Part shown: piece by piece, positions 1 through 12,075 of the stretch
Position numbering within the stretch: position 1 is the stretch's first letter
How the letters are laid out: every line of letters begins with the position of its first letter
NCBI GenBank assembly: GCA_951406725.2
Contig: OX597814.1
Coordinates: forward strand, 207,638,001 to 207,702,000
Source of the DNA: Octopus vulgaris
Lineage: Eukaryota
Direction of reading: 5' to 3'
DNA: 64,000 nt
Position numbers and translations under genes: made by a program
The notes under the pieces: model-generated
Told to the model about the DNA's origin: nothing
What the model saw: only the letters and a program-made list of their open reading frames with translations
The model's database searches: none

Positions 1-386
1 TCTTTATATATAAAAGTCAAGTTGTGTGTCTGTCTCCTACGATTTAGATTCCTAACTACTCCCACATTTTGCGGTGCAGTTTAACCAAAACCGGGTATCT
101 TATAGTCGTGATTCATATCGAGCCCTTCTGGGTATTAGCGTGCATCTACGATTTAAAAAAAAAATTACCATCATTTTTTTCCCTTTTAATGCATTTTTTC
201 GCTATTATATAAGGGAAGTAACTCTCTAAAAATGTCTACGATGAGTCAACGATTTAAAAAAAAATTTACTATCCTTTTTTTCTATTTTTAATACATTTTT
301 TTGCTATTTTTTCGCTATAACTCTCTAAAAATGCTTATATAGTTATTTCCCTTACAAACCCGAGCAACGCTGGGCGATACTGCTAG
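1..386 (+). mobile_element. Non-autonomous Helitron, family H1
   Basis: Starts 5'-TC(TTTATATATAAAAG). Ends with GC-rich hairpin CCCGAGCAACGCTGGG then CTAG followed by T. Near-identical copies at 56837-57205 and 61994-62381. Confidence 0.85.
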
Positions 387-534
387 TTAATTAATAAAAG
401 ATAAGACATAACTGGGATACAGTCAATCACATATTTCCTTAGGGTTAATCTGAGTTTGAACAACAAATGCAACTTGTATCTACAAAACTTTTTTTAAATT
501 TCTGATGTAGAAGTGTAGAGGATTATCATTATTA

Positions 535-1660
535 AGGTGGCAAGCTAGCAGAATCATTAGCATGCCAGGTAAAATGCTTATCAGTATTTCACCTGTCTTT
601 ACGTTCTGAGTTCATATTCTGCCAAGGTTGACTTTGCCTTTCATCCTTTCGGGGTTGATAAATTAAGTACCAGTAAAATAGTGGGGTCGATTTAATTGAC
701 CAGTCCCTTCCCTCAAAATTTCAAGCCTTGTGCCTTTAGTAGAAAGGATTTTTTTATTATTATGATAAAGAGATAAGCTAGCAGAATCATGAGCATGCCA
801 GGTAATGCTTAGCGGTATTTCACTCGTCTTTACGTTCTGAGTCCACATTCCGCCGAGGTTGACTTTGCCTTTCTTCCTTCCGGGGTTGATAAATTAAGTA
901 CCAGTTGAGCATTGGGGTTGATATAATTGACTTAACCCCTCCCCTAAAATTGCAGGCCTTGTGCCAAAAGTAGCAACCATAATTTTATTATTAAGGTAGC
1001 AAGCTGGCAAACTCGTTAGCATGCCGGACAAAATGCTGAGTAGCATTCCATCTGTCTTTACATACTACAAAATTCCACCAATGTTGTCTTTGTCTTTCAT
1101 CCCTTTGGGGTCAAATATGGATGTATTATCTATCTTCCATGAACAGTCAAGCACTGGGGTCAGTACATTCGACTAGCTCCCTTGCCCACAATGTCAGGCT
1201 TTGTGACTATTCTAGAAAGGATTACTATTGTTGAAGTCAGCAAATTGGCAGAAGTTTTGGCATGCTGGAAAAAATACCTTACGTTCTGTGTTCAAATTCT
1301 GCCAAGACCAACTTTGCCTTTTATCCCTATTGGGGTCTCTAAAATCAGTAGCAGTCGAGCACTGGGGTCGATGCAATCAACTAGCCCCCTCCCCCAAAAT
1401 TTCAGGCCTTTTGCCTATAGTAAAAAAGACTAAGACGGCGAGCTAGCAGAATTATTAGTACATCAAGCGAAAGGCTTAGTGACATTTAGTCCACCTTTAC
1501 ATTCTGAATTCAAATTCTGCCGAGGTTGACTTTGCTTTTAATCCTTTCGGGGTTGATAAATTAAGCACCAGTTGAATAGTGGAATCAAGGTAATTGACTT
1601 GACCCCTCCCCTAAAATTTGCTGGCCTTGTGACAAAATTTGAAACCATTATTATTACTAT
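535..1660 (+). mobile_element. Five head-to-tail copies of tRNA-derived SINE family A
   Basis: Heads (GGCGAGCTGGCAGAA-like) at ~535, 771, 994, 1235, 1434. Most retain a B-box-like GAGTTCAAATTC and the GACTTTGCCTTTCATCCTTTCGGGGTTGATAAATTAAGTACCAG domain. Short (ATT)n-like tails lie between most copies. Confidence 0.85.
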
Positions 1661-2496
1661 TTTGTTTTACTTTGAAACATAAATTTTGTTCCTTTTTACT
1701 TAAATATGTAAACAAATATTTGCACTCAGTTTCCTTCATACTTTATATATATATATATATAATTAGATATAATTCTTAATTTTCTTTTTCTTGCAGTATT
1801 TAGTTATATCCCTTAATGTTTTTAGTCTAAATCCACCCATGTTCAACTCCACTTTCTGTCGTTTTGTACAGAAATCAATTCAGCTGGTTCTTTCCACATC
1901 TTAAAAATTGTAGGCTTTCACTTATATTTTAAAATCATTATTAATTTTATATATTTCTTTACTGAAATTTTATATCATTCTTCAGTGAAAATTGAGGGAT
2001 TATTTAAAATGTACTTAATACTTTTTATTTTTCCATCTTTTTTTTTCTGAAATATTGCTTATTTCTTTGCTGACTATGTGGGCAAAAGTAGGTATACAGT
2101 TCCTTCATATGAGTGGAATGTTATTTTCATTTGTCTTTTTCTTTTATATAAACCTAAGCTGTTCATAAGTTGATGAAGGGATCTGAAGACTGTACCTAGT
2201 TCACTGGATGCCCGCTTTTTTGATCTCTGGGGATTTTGAGTGAATGCTCATATTAAGCAATTGTATACCTAATTTTGCCCACCCTCCTCTACATATACTG
2301 ATATGCATTCATGTAAATTGTATGTACACACACATACTGAAAGCTGAATGGATGCAAACATGCATAAACTGCTGGAACATTGACCAATTAGTTATTACAT
2401 TAGTTCAAATCTTGCTTCTGGCATCGTTGTGCTTCAGGCAAACCACACAATTTGCCTTATTTAGTTAGGTTGCCTGACAACAAATTTCATTCTTAC

Positions 2497-2528
2497 TTTT
2501 GCAAATGAGTGGAAAGAAAGACATCCAA
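2497..2528 (-). CDS. Candidate 32-bp coding exon of unidentified minus-strand gene (LDVFLSTHLQ)
   Basis: Acceptor CCATTTTTACAG, donor AA|GTAAGA. The phase-0 start matches the phase-0 end of 10857-10919. Short enough to be chance. Confidence 0.25.
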
Positions 2529-2679
2529 CTGTAAAAATGGTTTTGTAAATGCCTAGATTTTTTTTTAAATGTTCTACAGTCTTAACAGAAAACATATTTT
2601 GAGAAACAGTAAGAAGAAAGAAAGTTTCTCCAATAAATGGTACTGGTTCTATCTTTCTGCTAACATTATGAATAGCTTT

Positions 2680-2896
2680 AAAGTGGCGAGCTGGCAGAAT
2701 TGTGAGCATGCCAGGCAAAATGCTTAGTGGTTTTTCATATGTCTTTACGTTCCAAGTTCAAATTCCACTGAGGTTGACTTAGCTTTTCATCCTTTCAGGA
2801 TCAGTTAAATAAGTACCGGTTGAGCAATGAGGTTGATGTAATCAACTTACCCTCTCCTCCAAAATTGCTGGCCTTGTGCCAAAATTTGAAACCACT
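2680..2896 (+). mobile_element. SINE family A with 15-bp TSD
   Basis: Full head and central domain. ATTATGAATAGCTTT duplicated at 2665-2679 and 2897-2911. Confidence 0.85.
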
Positions 2897-2994
2897 ATTA
2901 TGAATAGCTTTTAAAAGAGCAATTCAGTATTAAATATTTTATTTAAAATTATATGAAATAAATTTTTTTTTCTCCTTATTTCATCATTACTTTC

Positions 2995-3715
2995 TTTTAT
3001 CAATTGTTTCAGGTATTAGGCTGTAACCATGATGGGGCACCACATTTAGGTGTTCTAGTTGAATGAATAGCCCCCAATACTTACTTTTAAGCTTGGTGTG
3101 TATTCTACCAGTGCCTTTTGCTGAACCGCTAAGTAACAGGAATTTAAACAAACTAACACAGATTGACAAACAGTGTTGGGGACAAACAACACACACACAC
3201 ACGTGGATGTTAAATGGCAATGATTATGATGTATATCTTTATCTTTCACTTATTTCAGTCATTACACTGTGGCTATTGCTGGGGCACTGCCTTGAAAAGC
3301 TTCTTACCACACAGCCATTCCTGCGCCTATACATACATACATATATATATATTATAAAAAAAGTTACTTCTCAGTCTCTTGTTGAACCACTAAGTTGTGG
3401 GGACATAAGCAAATCAAGATTACTCGTTTTTGCCAGTTGAGTGAACTGGAGCATTGTGAAATGAAGTGTTTTACTCAATAACTCAACCTATGACCTGGTC
3501 CTGGAATCGAAGCCACAATCTTATGATCATAAGTCCAACACTCTAACCACTAAATCATGTGCCCCATATGATGGGCTACTTTCACTTTCCACTTATCAAA
3601 TCTACTCACTAGACTTTGGTTGGCCCGAGGCTATAGTAGAAGACACTTACCCAAGGTGTCATGCAGTGGGATTGAAACCAGAATCATGTGGTTGGAAAGC
3701 AAACTTATTACTACA
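2995..3715 (-). mobile_element. Nest of degenerate SINEs (family B fragments plus family C at ~3425-3570)
   Basis: Family B motifs CCAAGGTGTCATGCAGTGGGATTGAAACC and GCTGAACCGCTAAG. The family C segment is similar to the reverse complement of 38213-38330. Confidence 0.6.
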
Positions 3716-3789
3716 CGACTGTTCTCATAAAGGAGAATACTAAAAATGAACCTAACTGCTCCCAAAAATTAAGTAAAATACAGTAAAAA

Positions 3790-3978
3790 TAATCCTGAAT
3801 CCTTGTCCAGGACCGGATCAATCGTAAAATCTAATCAGTTTGTGCTAATCATGAGGCCAAACATCCCTGAAAGTTTTGTCTGAATCCATCCAATGGTTCT
3901 TGAGATATCTTGTCCATAGACAAACAAACAAACATGACTGAAAACAATACCTCCTCCTGAGTGAAGGTGGAGGTTATA
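3790..3978 (+). mobile_element. Helentron-associated (HINE/DINE-1-like) non-autonomous element, 3' part
   Basis: AATCCATCCAATGGTTCTTGAGATATC motif, (ACAA)n microsatellite, then terminal stem-loop ACCTCC...GGAGGT. This order is typical of HINEs. Confidence 0.55.
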
Positions 3979-4728
3979 ACTTCCCCAAAAGAAAATAAGC
4001 CATCAATACAGTAGTGCGCTTCTGCATGTATTGACTAACAAGTGTTTCATAAAACAAAGTAAAAACATTTGTTTAGCTATAAAAATCTGTTTTCATGGTT
4101 CTCTTTGGGAATAATTTGTTTCTTTTTATCAGACTCTTGGGAACACAGTTGATATAGTTTTCTTCTGAACTCACAAAAGGGAAATAAGCATGTGTGTGTG
4201 TGTGTGTGTGTGCACGTGGGTGTATGCACATGAATGTAGCTATGTATGTATGTAGGTATGTATATATATATATGTGGGTATGTATGTATATAAATGTATA
4301 TAGAGAGAAAACACTACTTATTAATCTTTTCATCAATAGTAGCGATCTTGGAATTGGATATTTTCTTTTAGCTTTGTCACTTCTTAATTTTCCTTTTAGA
4401 ATTTACAGAAAAAATAAAATGCTATAGTGCGTGTTTCTTGCTTCTCTTTTATGTCTCATATTTATTTTAGTCTACGGCTGCTTGTTGTTATTGTTACTAC
4501 TGTTGTTGATGTTGTTATCTGAACTCAAGACAGCCTTGAGAGAGCAGACCTAATAGTTGAAAACATTCCAGCCTTGATCAATCCAACTTTTACTCAAATA
4601 TAGTTTATCCAGGACTACATTATCCAGCATATATCTGCTTTTCTAAATCCGTAGGCTGTGATTTTGCTGTTATTTATAGCTGATAGTGAGATCATGTAAT
4701 AGCTATAACTGTTGTTTAACTTCAAGTA

Positions 4729-5997
4729 TTGGGTCGTCCCATAAATAAGATGTTTTTTTTCAATTGCATGGACTAAAAGTCAGAGCAGGACAGGATAAAC
4801 TATTTGCATAAACTTGCTATAAAGGCATGTAGTAATTTTACCTTGTCCTTATTCTTGGTGCAAGTTTTGAAGAGTGCAGTTTGGTTTTAACAGTTATTTT
4901 TTCCAAGTTATAATGGAAGTGACAAAGGAACATATTCGGCACATTTTGCTTTATGGGTTCAATAAAGGCAACAACGCTACAGAAAGTGTGAGGAATATTA
5001 ATGCATTATATGAGGATTGAACAATATGCATAAGCCAGTATCAATGGTGGTTCCAGAAATTCCAAGCTAGAAACTACAAAGTACAAGGTGAACCTTGTCC
5101 TGGGAGATCTGTACAGCTTGACGAGGACGTCCTGCAAACCCTGGTGGAACAAAATTCCATCCTAACTGTTGAAGAACTAGCAGAAAAGCTTGGATTTGGT
5201 CATTCAACCATTCAACGACACCTGCATGTCATCGGGAAAGTCAGCAAATTGGGTCAGTGGGTTCCTCACAAACTTTCTGAGTCTTATTGCATGCTTAGAG
5301 TGAATGTGGGCTTTTCTTTGCTGTCACATCTCACGAATGAACCTTTTTTTAGACTGAATAGTGACTGGTAACAAGAAATAGGTTCTCTATAAAAATGTCA
5401 AGCGCCGAAGACAGTGGGAAGGGAAGGAAGAAACACTAGTACCTCAGGCTAAAGAAGGTCTTTACCTACATAAAGAGTTGTTATCTGTTTGGTGGGATAT
5501 GAAAGGTTTAGTCCACTTTGAACTTTTAAACCCAAACCAAAAAATAACAAAGGAGATCTATTGCAAGCAGCTTGAGCATCTTAGAGCTAGAAAGTGTTCT
5601 TCCAAGACAAAAGGTGTTCTTCCATCAGGATAATGCTCGGCCACATACAGCAAGGATGACATTCCAAAGGCTGGAGCAGTTTGAATGGGAGATGATGCCC
5701 CAACCACCATATTCGCCTGACATAGCCCCATCCAATTATCATTTATTCCACAGTCTTCAAAATCATTTGGCCGGAAAAAATGTGAATTCTGTATTCAAGG
5801 TCAGAACAGTAATGGAGTATTTTTCATCACAGACAAGTGAATTTTGGAAGAAGGGCCTTGCAAGTCTACCAGATAAATGGAAGAGCAGTGTAGAAAGTGA
5901 AGGAGAGTATATTTTAGATTAAAAATGAACTTTGTTTGTCTTAATTTTGAAAAATTAAAGAAGTATAAAAAAAAACATTATTTATGGGATGACCCAA
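4729..5997 (+). mobile_element. Full-length mariner (Tc1/mariner) DNA transposon
   Basis: TIRs TTGGGTCGTCCCATAAATAA / TTATTTATGGGATGACCCAA (1 mismatch in 20). TA target duplication at 4727-4728 and 5998-5999. Length 1269 bp. Confidence 0.95.
4913..5922 (+). pseudogene. Mariner transposase pseudogene
   Basis: MEVTKEHIRHILLY start, WVPHKL, SVWWD, HQDNARPH and PPYSPDIAPSNYHLF motifs. In-frame stops and frameshifts. The first and third catalytic Asp positions read Asn (TGN, APSNY). Confidence 0.92.
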
Positions 5998-6799
5998 TAT
6001 TTCCTGATATCGCAGACTTGCTATCAAAGACATCCTAGCTGTGACAACCATGTCCTTATTTAATACATAGCTAGTATAACTAGGGCTACATTATCCATTA
6101 TCTATCTATTCTATTTGAGGGGTAGTTGACTGCTGTTTCTAGCAGACTGAGTGATAATACACAGTGACTTACTCCCTCATTAGTTCAGTTTTATATTTAC
6201 CATTTACACCTAACTCTAACTTTTCTTTGTTTTCGATGTTATCATTTCTAAATATTTGGGGGTTTCTTTGTGGAGAAGAAAAACAATTTTTAAAAATCCC
6301 CTTTCTTTGGACATGTTTTGATCAAGATATTTAGTAGTTAGAGAGGTAATCAGAAGACTTAATTCAAAGAGTCTATGCTGCATTTACATAGTTACATAGC
6401 TTTGATGATGTAGCAAGCAAGGCAGATCAAATATCCCAAAGATAACAGTGGGATTTGGGTGACGTAGCACTGTAGCATCTATAACATGTGTTCATTCAGG
6501 AATTCCTTGCAATCCAATTAACACATATTTGTAGTGAAGGAATGTCTGGGGTCTTAATTGAAGGTATGCTAAGTAAGATGAAGCTGCTAGATGAACTGAA
6601 CACCCTCTTTATATAGTAACATCCAGTGCTAGATTTGGTGTAGATGGCAGAAATGAAACAAAGAGAAGTGTCACAATGTATAGATTTTCTAAATTTTCTG
6701 TTCATGTATTGTGTGTGTGTATGAATATGTACTACACACTACCTGAAAACATATCCATATGTAAGATATGCATAAACCAACACATGATATATATATATA

Positions 6800-7363
6800 C
6801 TTCTTGCATTAAGTTTACTCACCTCTTGTATTGCACCATTTACCTAGAAATCAAAATATGTATGTGTATGCATGTGTACAGATGTGTGTGTGTGCGGATG
6901 GCTTTATATTTGCTCTGGCTGTATGCATATGTTGTATATGGATATGTGCACAAGTGTGTATGTGTGTGTGTTTGTACACACACACACACATGTATTATGT
7001 ATGTGGATATATATATATATATTATATATATATATATATATCCATATACATGCTTGTGCACATTAATATACAACATATGCATTAACCCATACATGATATG
7101 CACACACATCCGCATGTTTGTGCATGTTTTAATATAAAACATATGCATAAACTCATACATAATATATGTGTGTGTGTGTACAAACACACACACACACACA
7201 TAGACACGTGTGCACATATTCATATACAACATACGCATACAGCCAGAGCAAATATAAAGCAACCCACACACACACACACACACACACACATCTGTACACG
7301 TACACATCTTGATTTCTAGGTAAATGGTGCAATAGAAGAGGTGAGGAAACTTAATGCAAGAAG
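6800..7363. repeat. Long inverted repeat, arms ~6800-7003 and ~7154-7363
   Basis: CTTCTTGCATTAAGTTTACTCACCTCTTGTATTGCACCATTTACCTAGAAATCAA is matched by its reverse complement at ~7310-7363. Internal GCTTTATATTTGCTCTGGCTGTATGC is also mirrored. Confidence 0.9.
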
Positions 7364-8191
7364 CACATAGGATTCAAGTGACAATCTGGTTAACATAAAA
7401 ATTCTAGCTCATTTTAGTAAATTATATATTCTGTTTTGGATTTTGCCTTTCATAATTGCAAATAGAAGTAAAATAGCTGAATAGCATAATACTGAATATG
7501 TATTACATTAATATTGATATAATACTACAATATGTTCTTTAGGTCCAAGCTATTCCCTGATATAGTAGATCTGTGATCAAAGTTATTCTACTTGTTTTGA
7601 AAGAAATTTGGCTCCTGTTCTATTTTTAACACGTAAAGTGGTCACGTAGAGGTTTCCCAGAGCTGGTACGAAAGCCAATAGGAAATCTCTTAGGCATGTT
7701 TATTGTTAGAAAAAAAAAAAATTAATACAAAATGTCATAAAAGGATGTGGTAGTTGGAAAGCCAGGTGTAAGTTTCCATTGAATTAGTTGAAACGAACCA
7801 TTTCACTTCACTTATTTATGCTACTAATGTGACAAGTGTAGATGTTACATCTCTATTTCACTGCCCTGTTTTAACGAAATAGGTAGTTTTTGACAGAGGC
7901 GAGTGTTTCAAGAGGAAGAGACCAACTCTTTGAGATTGTGATTTGGTTTTGATTTCAACTGAAACTATTTGATTCTACTACTATGAGAAAGAGAGTCACA
8001 TGAGTCGTATCTTTTAAAAATTTCACTCTCTTTAGAATATAGGCCTCATCCTTCAAAATAACGGTGGCTGTGTGGTTAGAAGCTTACTTTCCAACCACAT
8101 GATTCTGAGTTCAGTCCCACTATATCCTTGGGTCAACCAAAGCCTTGTGAGTGGATTTGGTAGATGGAAACTGAAAGAAGCCCGTTGTAAA

Positions 8192-8234
<43 letters not shown>

Positions 8235-8236
<2 letters not shown>

Positions 8237-8557
8237 AACCACAGGATCCCTGGTCGGTGGTACGTAAAAAGCACTATCCGACTCGTGGCCGATGCCAGCA
8301 CCCCTCGTTTGGCTTCCGTGCAGGTGGCACATAAATACACCAATCCGACCGTGGCCGTGCCAGCCTCGCCTGGCACCTGTGCAGGTGGCACGTAAGCACC
8401 CCTCACGGAGTGTTGGCGTGGAAGGGCATCCAGCTGTAGAAACACTGCCAGATAAGACTGGAGCCTGGTGCAGCCTGGCTTTCAGATCCCCGGTCGAACC
8501 GTCCAACCCATGCTAGCATGGAGAACGGACGTTAAACGATGATGATGATGATGATGA
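8235..8557 (+). mobile_element. RTE-clade LINE 3' UTR fragment with (GAT)n tail
   Basis: GGAAGGGCATCCAGCTGTAGAAAC...CCAACCCATGCTAGCATGG...GTTAAACGATGATGAT. This is the same 3' end that follows the LINE ORF at 8566-9472. Confidence 0.85.
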
Positions 8558-8565
8558 TATATATA

Positions 8566-9472
8566 TCATCATCATCATCATCGTTTAACGTCCGCTTTCC
8601 GCGCTAGCACGGGTTGGACGGTTCGACCGGGTCTGGGAAGCCAGGGGCCGCTCCAGGCTCCAGTCTGAATCTGGCAGAGTTTCTACGGCTGGATGCCCTT
8701 CCTAACGCCAACCACTCCGTGAGTGGATTGGGTGCTTTTTATGTGCCACCTGCACAGGGGCCGGAGGGTCCGGCATCGTCACGATCGGTTCGAGCATTTT
8801 AACGTGTCAGCGGCACGGGGGCAACGAGGTCCGGGGTACTTTGGGGATCGGGGTACTTTGGGGATCCAGGGTACTTTGGGGATCCGGGGTACTTAGAATG
8901 GGTAGGGGGTATGTGGAATTGCTGCAGAAAGCAGCCCGGGTCTTTGTAGTCACAGCATATCTCCAGAGATCTCGGTCCTTCGCCATTGCCTCAGTGAGGC
9001 CCAATGCTCTGAGGTCATGCTTGATCACCTCATCCCATGTCTTCCTGGGTCTACCTCTCCCCTGATACCTTCAACTGTTTGGGAGTGGCACTTCTTCACA
9101 CATCTCTCTTCATCCATCCGCAGCACATGACCATACCATTGCAAGCGTCGCTCTTGCACACCACATCTGATGCTTCTTATATCCAGCATTTCTCTCAGGA
9201 TACTTACACTCTGTTTTGCGTGCACACTGACACTACACATCCAGCGGATCATGCTAGCTTCATTTCTTTCAAGTCTACGCATGTCTTCTGCAGTCACAGC
9301 CCATGTTTCATTACCGTGAAGCATGGCAGTTCGCACACATGCATCATACAATCTACCTTTTGCTCTGAGGGAGAGACCTTTTGTTGCCAGTAGGGGTAGG
9401 AGCTTTCTGAACTTTGCCCAGGCTATTCGTATTCTAGTGGTGATACTCTCTGTGCATCCACCTCCGCTACTA
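8566..9472 (-). mobile_element. 5'-truncated RTE-clade LINE (ORF C-terminus, 3' UTR, (GAT)n tail)
   Basis: RIRIAWAKFRKLLPLL, KGRLYDACVRTAMLHGNETW, RRLQWYGHVLRM and DRDLWRYAV motifs. One frameshift near 9060. Stop at ~8807, then UTR and tail. Confidence 0.92.
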
Positions 9473-9549
<77 letters not shown>

Positions 9550-9994
9550 TGTATTTGTGTGTCTGTTTGTCCCCTCCACCATCGCTTGATAACCAATGTG
9601 AGTGTGTTTATGTACCCATAACTTAGCGGTTCAGCAAAAGAGACCAATAGAATTAGTACTAGGCTTACAAAGAGTAAGCCCTGGAGTCAATTTATTTTAC
9701 TAAAAGGTGGTGCTCCAGCATGGCTGCACTCAGATGACTGAAACAAGTAAAAGGGTAAAGTTTAAATTGAGTTTAATTGTATATATTTGTATAAAGCAAG
9801 GATTCATGTATAATGTCCCCTGTAGTTATAGGCATGAAATCCTGAAAAAAATCTCGTTCTGTGTACTTGTGCACATGTCCTTATTTTGCAACCAGCACAC
9901 AAAAGAAATGAATGTATACACATGAAATTAATGAATGTACAGATGATCAATTTCCTAAAATAATGTGTTAATTAATAATTATACTTATCATATA

Positions 9995-10386
9995 CTATCA
10001 GTATCGCCCAGTGTTGCTCAGGTTTGTTTCAACCCTTTAGAAATGGAATTTTTGAAAAGTAAAAATTTTGCATTATGTAGCTTGTTATTCTCTTTAAGTG
10101 AACATTTTTCTGATTGAAATACACCGAAAAATGGTGACACAGCAGTCAAAAAATTGTGAAAAATAGGGATTTTCATAGAAAGAAAGCACCTTTTTGATGT
10201 AAATAATTTTTGGTGTTAACATGGTCCGATTTGAATTTTTCCTTCTACAGAAGGAAGAGCAAGCCTTCTTCTGTCATGCTCTCAATTTTAGGCAACTTGC
10301 ACCGCAGGGTCTAGGAGGAGATAGTGTTAGTTGAAGGCTACCAAACCTGCCATACACAGACAACTTCAGTTTTATATATAGAGAGA
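9995..10386 (-). mobile_element. Non-autonomous Helitron, family H2 (termini like H1, different interior)
   Basis: Minus strand begins TCTCTCTATATATAAAACTGAAGTTG and ends CCTGAGCAACACTGGGCGATACTGATAG (CTAG mutated). Confidence 0.75.
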
Positions 10387-10856
10387 TTTCAGTGTGTAAT
10401 ACTTTTGTCGCAGGAAAAATTGCCCAACATAAGATTACTGTGCACATGAGCTATTAAAATTTAGATGGGAATAAATTCCTCTTTTGTATAATATACTCTG
10501 TATTAACTTTAGAATTATAATATGATATAAGGAACAGCAATATTGAAAGTGACCTTTGGACTTTACCAATGTAGGGCATGACAGTTTACCTACTATAAAG
10601 TCAACATCGGAAAAAGTTCACACGGCAGTGTTGTTTTCAGGATAAAAGTGTGTATTACATAGGAGTAAATATGGTAGGCACACACACACACACACACACG
10701 TGTGTGCACAAAATGGATGTTATATGTTTTGATGCTGAATGTAACAGTTGTTTGACCATCAGAACCATCTACTCATTGTGCTCTACAGAGACTCAACATA
10801 ACTATAACATATCTCTCAGCCTGAATCACTATGACAAGGCTGTCCCTTTGACTTAC

Positions 10857-10919
10857 TGGTACAATCCCTTCTGTGGACTTGCACACCGTTTCTCTCTCCT
10901 CAATTTCACTCACAGAGGG
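10857..10919 (-). CDS. Candidate internal coding exon (PSVSEIEERETVCKSTEGIVP), unidentified gene
   Basis: Acceptor CATTTTGGTTATATAG, donor CCA|GTAAGT. 63 bp, phase 0-0, open, non-repetitive sequence. Confidence 0.5.
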
Positions 10920-10949
10920 CTATATAACCAAAATGTACTAAAACAGCAA

Positions 10950-11111
10950 GCAGGAGTGGCTGTGTGGTAAGTAGCTTGCTAACCAACCACATGGTTCTGG
11001 GTTCAGTCCCACTGTGTGGCATCTTGGGCAAGTGTCTTCTGCTATAGCCCCGGGCCGACCAATGTCTTGTGAGTGGATTTGGTAGATGGAAACTGAAAGA
11101 AGCCTGTCGTA

Positions 11112-11156
<45 letters not shown>

Positions 11157-11372
11157 ATATGTTTGTATGTCTGTGTTTGTCCCCCTAGCATTGCTTGACA
11201 ACCGATGCTGGTGTGTTTATGTCCCCGTCACTTAGCGGTTCGGCAAAAAGAGACCGATAAAATAAGTACTGGGCTTACAAAGAATAAGTCCCGGGATCGA
11301 TTTTCTCAACTATAGGTGGTGCTCCAGCATGGCTGCAGTCAAATGACTGAAACAAGTAAAAGAGTAAAGAGA
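10950..11372 (+). mobile_element. SINE family B, full length
   Basis: tRNA-like head GGAGTGGCTGTGTGGTAAG...GGGTTCAGTCCC, CORE-like CTTGGGCAAGTGTCTT, internal (TA)n(TG)n, tail AAGTAAAAGAGTAAAG. Confidence 0.9.
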
Positions 11373-11702
11373 GAGACTGTAGAGGTGTTGGCTCCCTTCC
11401 AACTAAAACTGTAGCTTTCCACTTTCTTTGGGAAGACATTAAACGCTCCAAAGAACATTTTCTCACCCTGTGAAGTTATTAGGGTTGCAAATTTGCTGCT
11501 GGTTACATCTGTTTAGTCTACTGCAAATAACAGGCAGACAGATATCTCTCAATTCCTTGTTGTTTTAAAAGGGGGAAGACACCATCAGTAACATGGACTT
11601 GAATTATGACTGCCTGAAAGAAAAAGGGGATGTTCATGACTTGAGCTCCTTTGATCAGAACTGAGATGGGGCCAAACAACAACAACAACAACAGCAATAA
11701 AC

Positions 11703-12075
11703 ATCATCATCATCATCATTGTCATTTAACATCCGCTTTCTATGCTGGCATGGGTTGGACGGTTTGATTGAGGACTGGCGAGCCAGAAGGCTGCACCAGG
11801 CTCCAATCTGATCTAGCAAAGTTTCTACAGCTGGATGCCCTTCCTAACATCAACCACTCTGAGAATGTAGTGGGTGCTTTTACATGCTACCAGCATGAGG
11901 GTCAGTCAGATAGCACTGGCAACGACCTTGCTCAAATGTTGTTTTTCACATGCCTCCAGCACAGGTACCAGTAAGGTAACGCTGGCAACAATCACGCTCG
12001 AATGGTGCATTTTATGTGCCAGCAGCATGGGAGCCAGTCAGCAGCCCTGGCAAACGATCACGCTCGAATGGTGCT
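11703..12075 (-). mobile_element. RTE LINE 3' UTR fragment
   Basis: (CAT)n followed by CATGGGTTGGACGG and CTGGATGCCCTTCCTAAC. Confidence 0.8.

Larger units (their letters stand above)
8062..9760 (+). mobile_element. SINE family B (CORE-like tRNA SINE) split by two LINE insertions in its internal (TA)n
   Basis: 5' half at 8062-8190. The 3' half resumes at ~9546 and ends GACTGAAACAAGTAAAAG. Confidence 0.8.
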
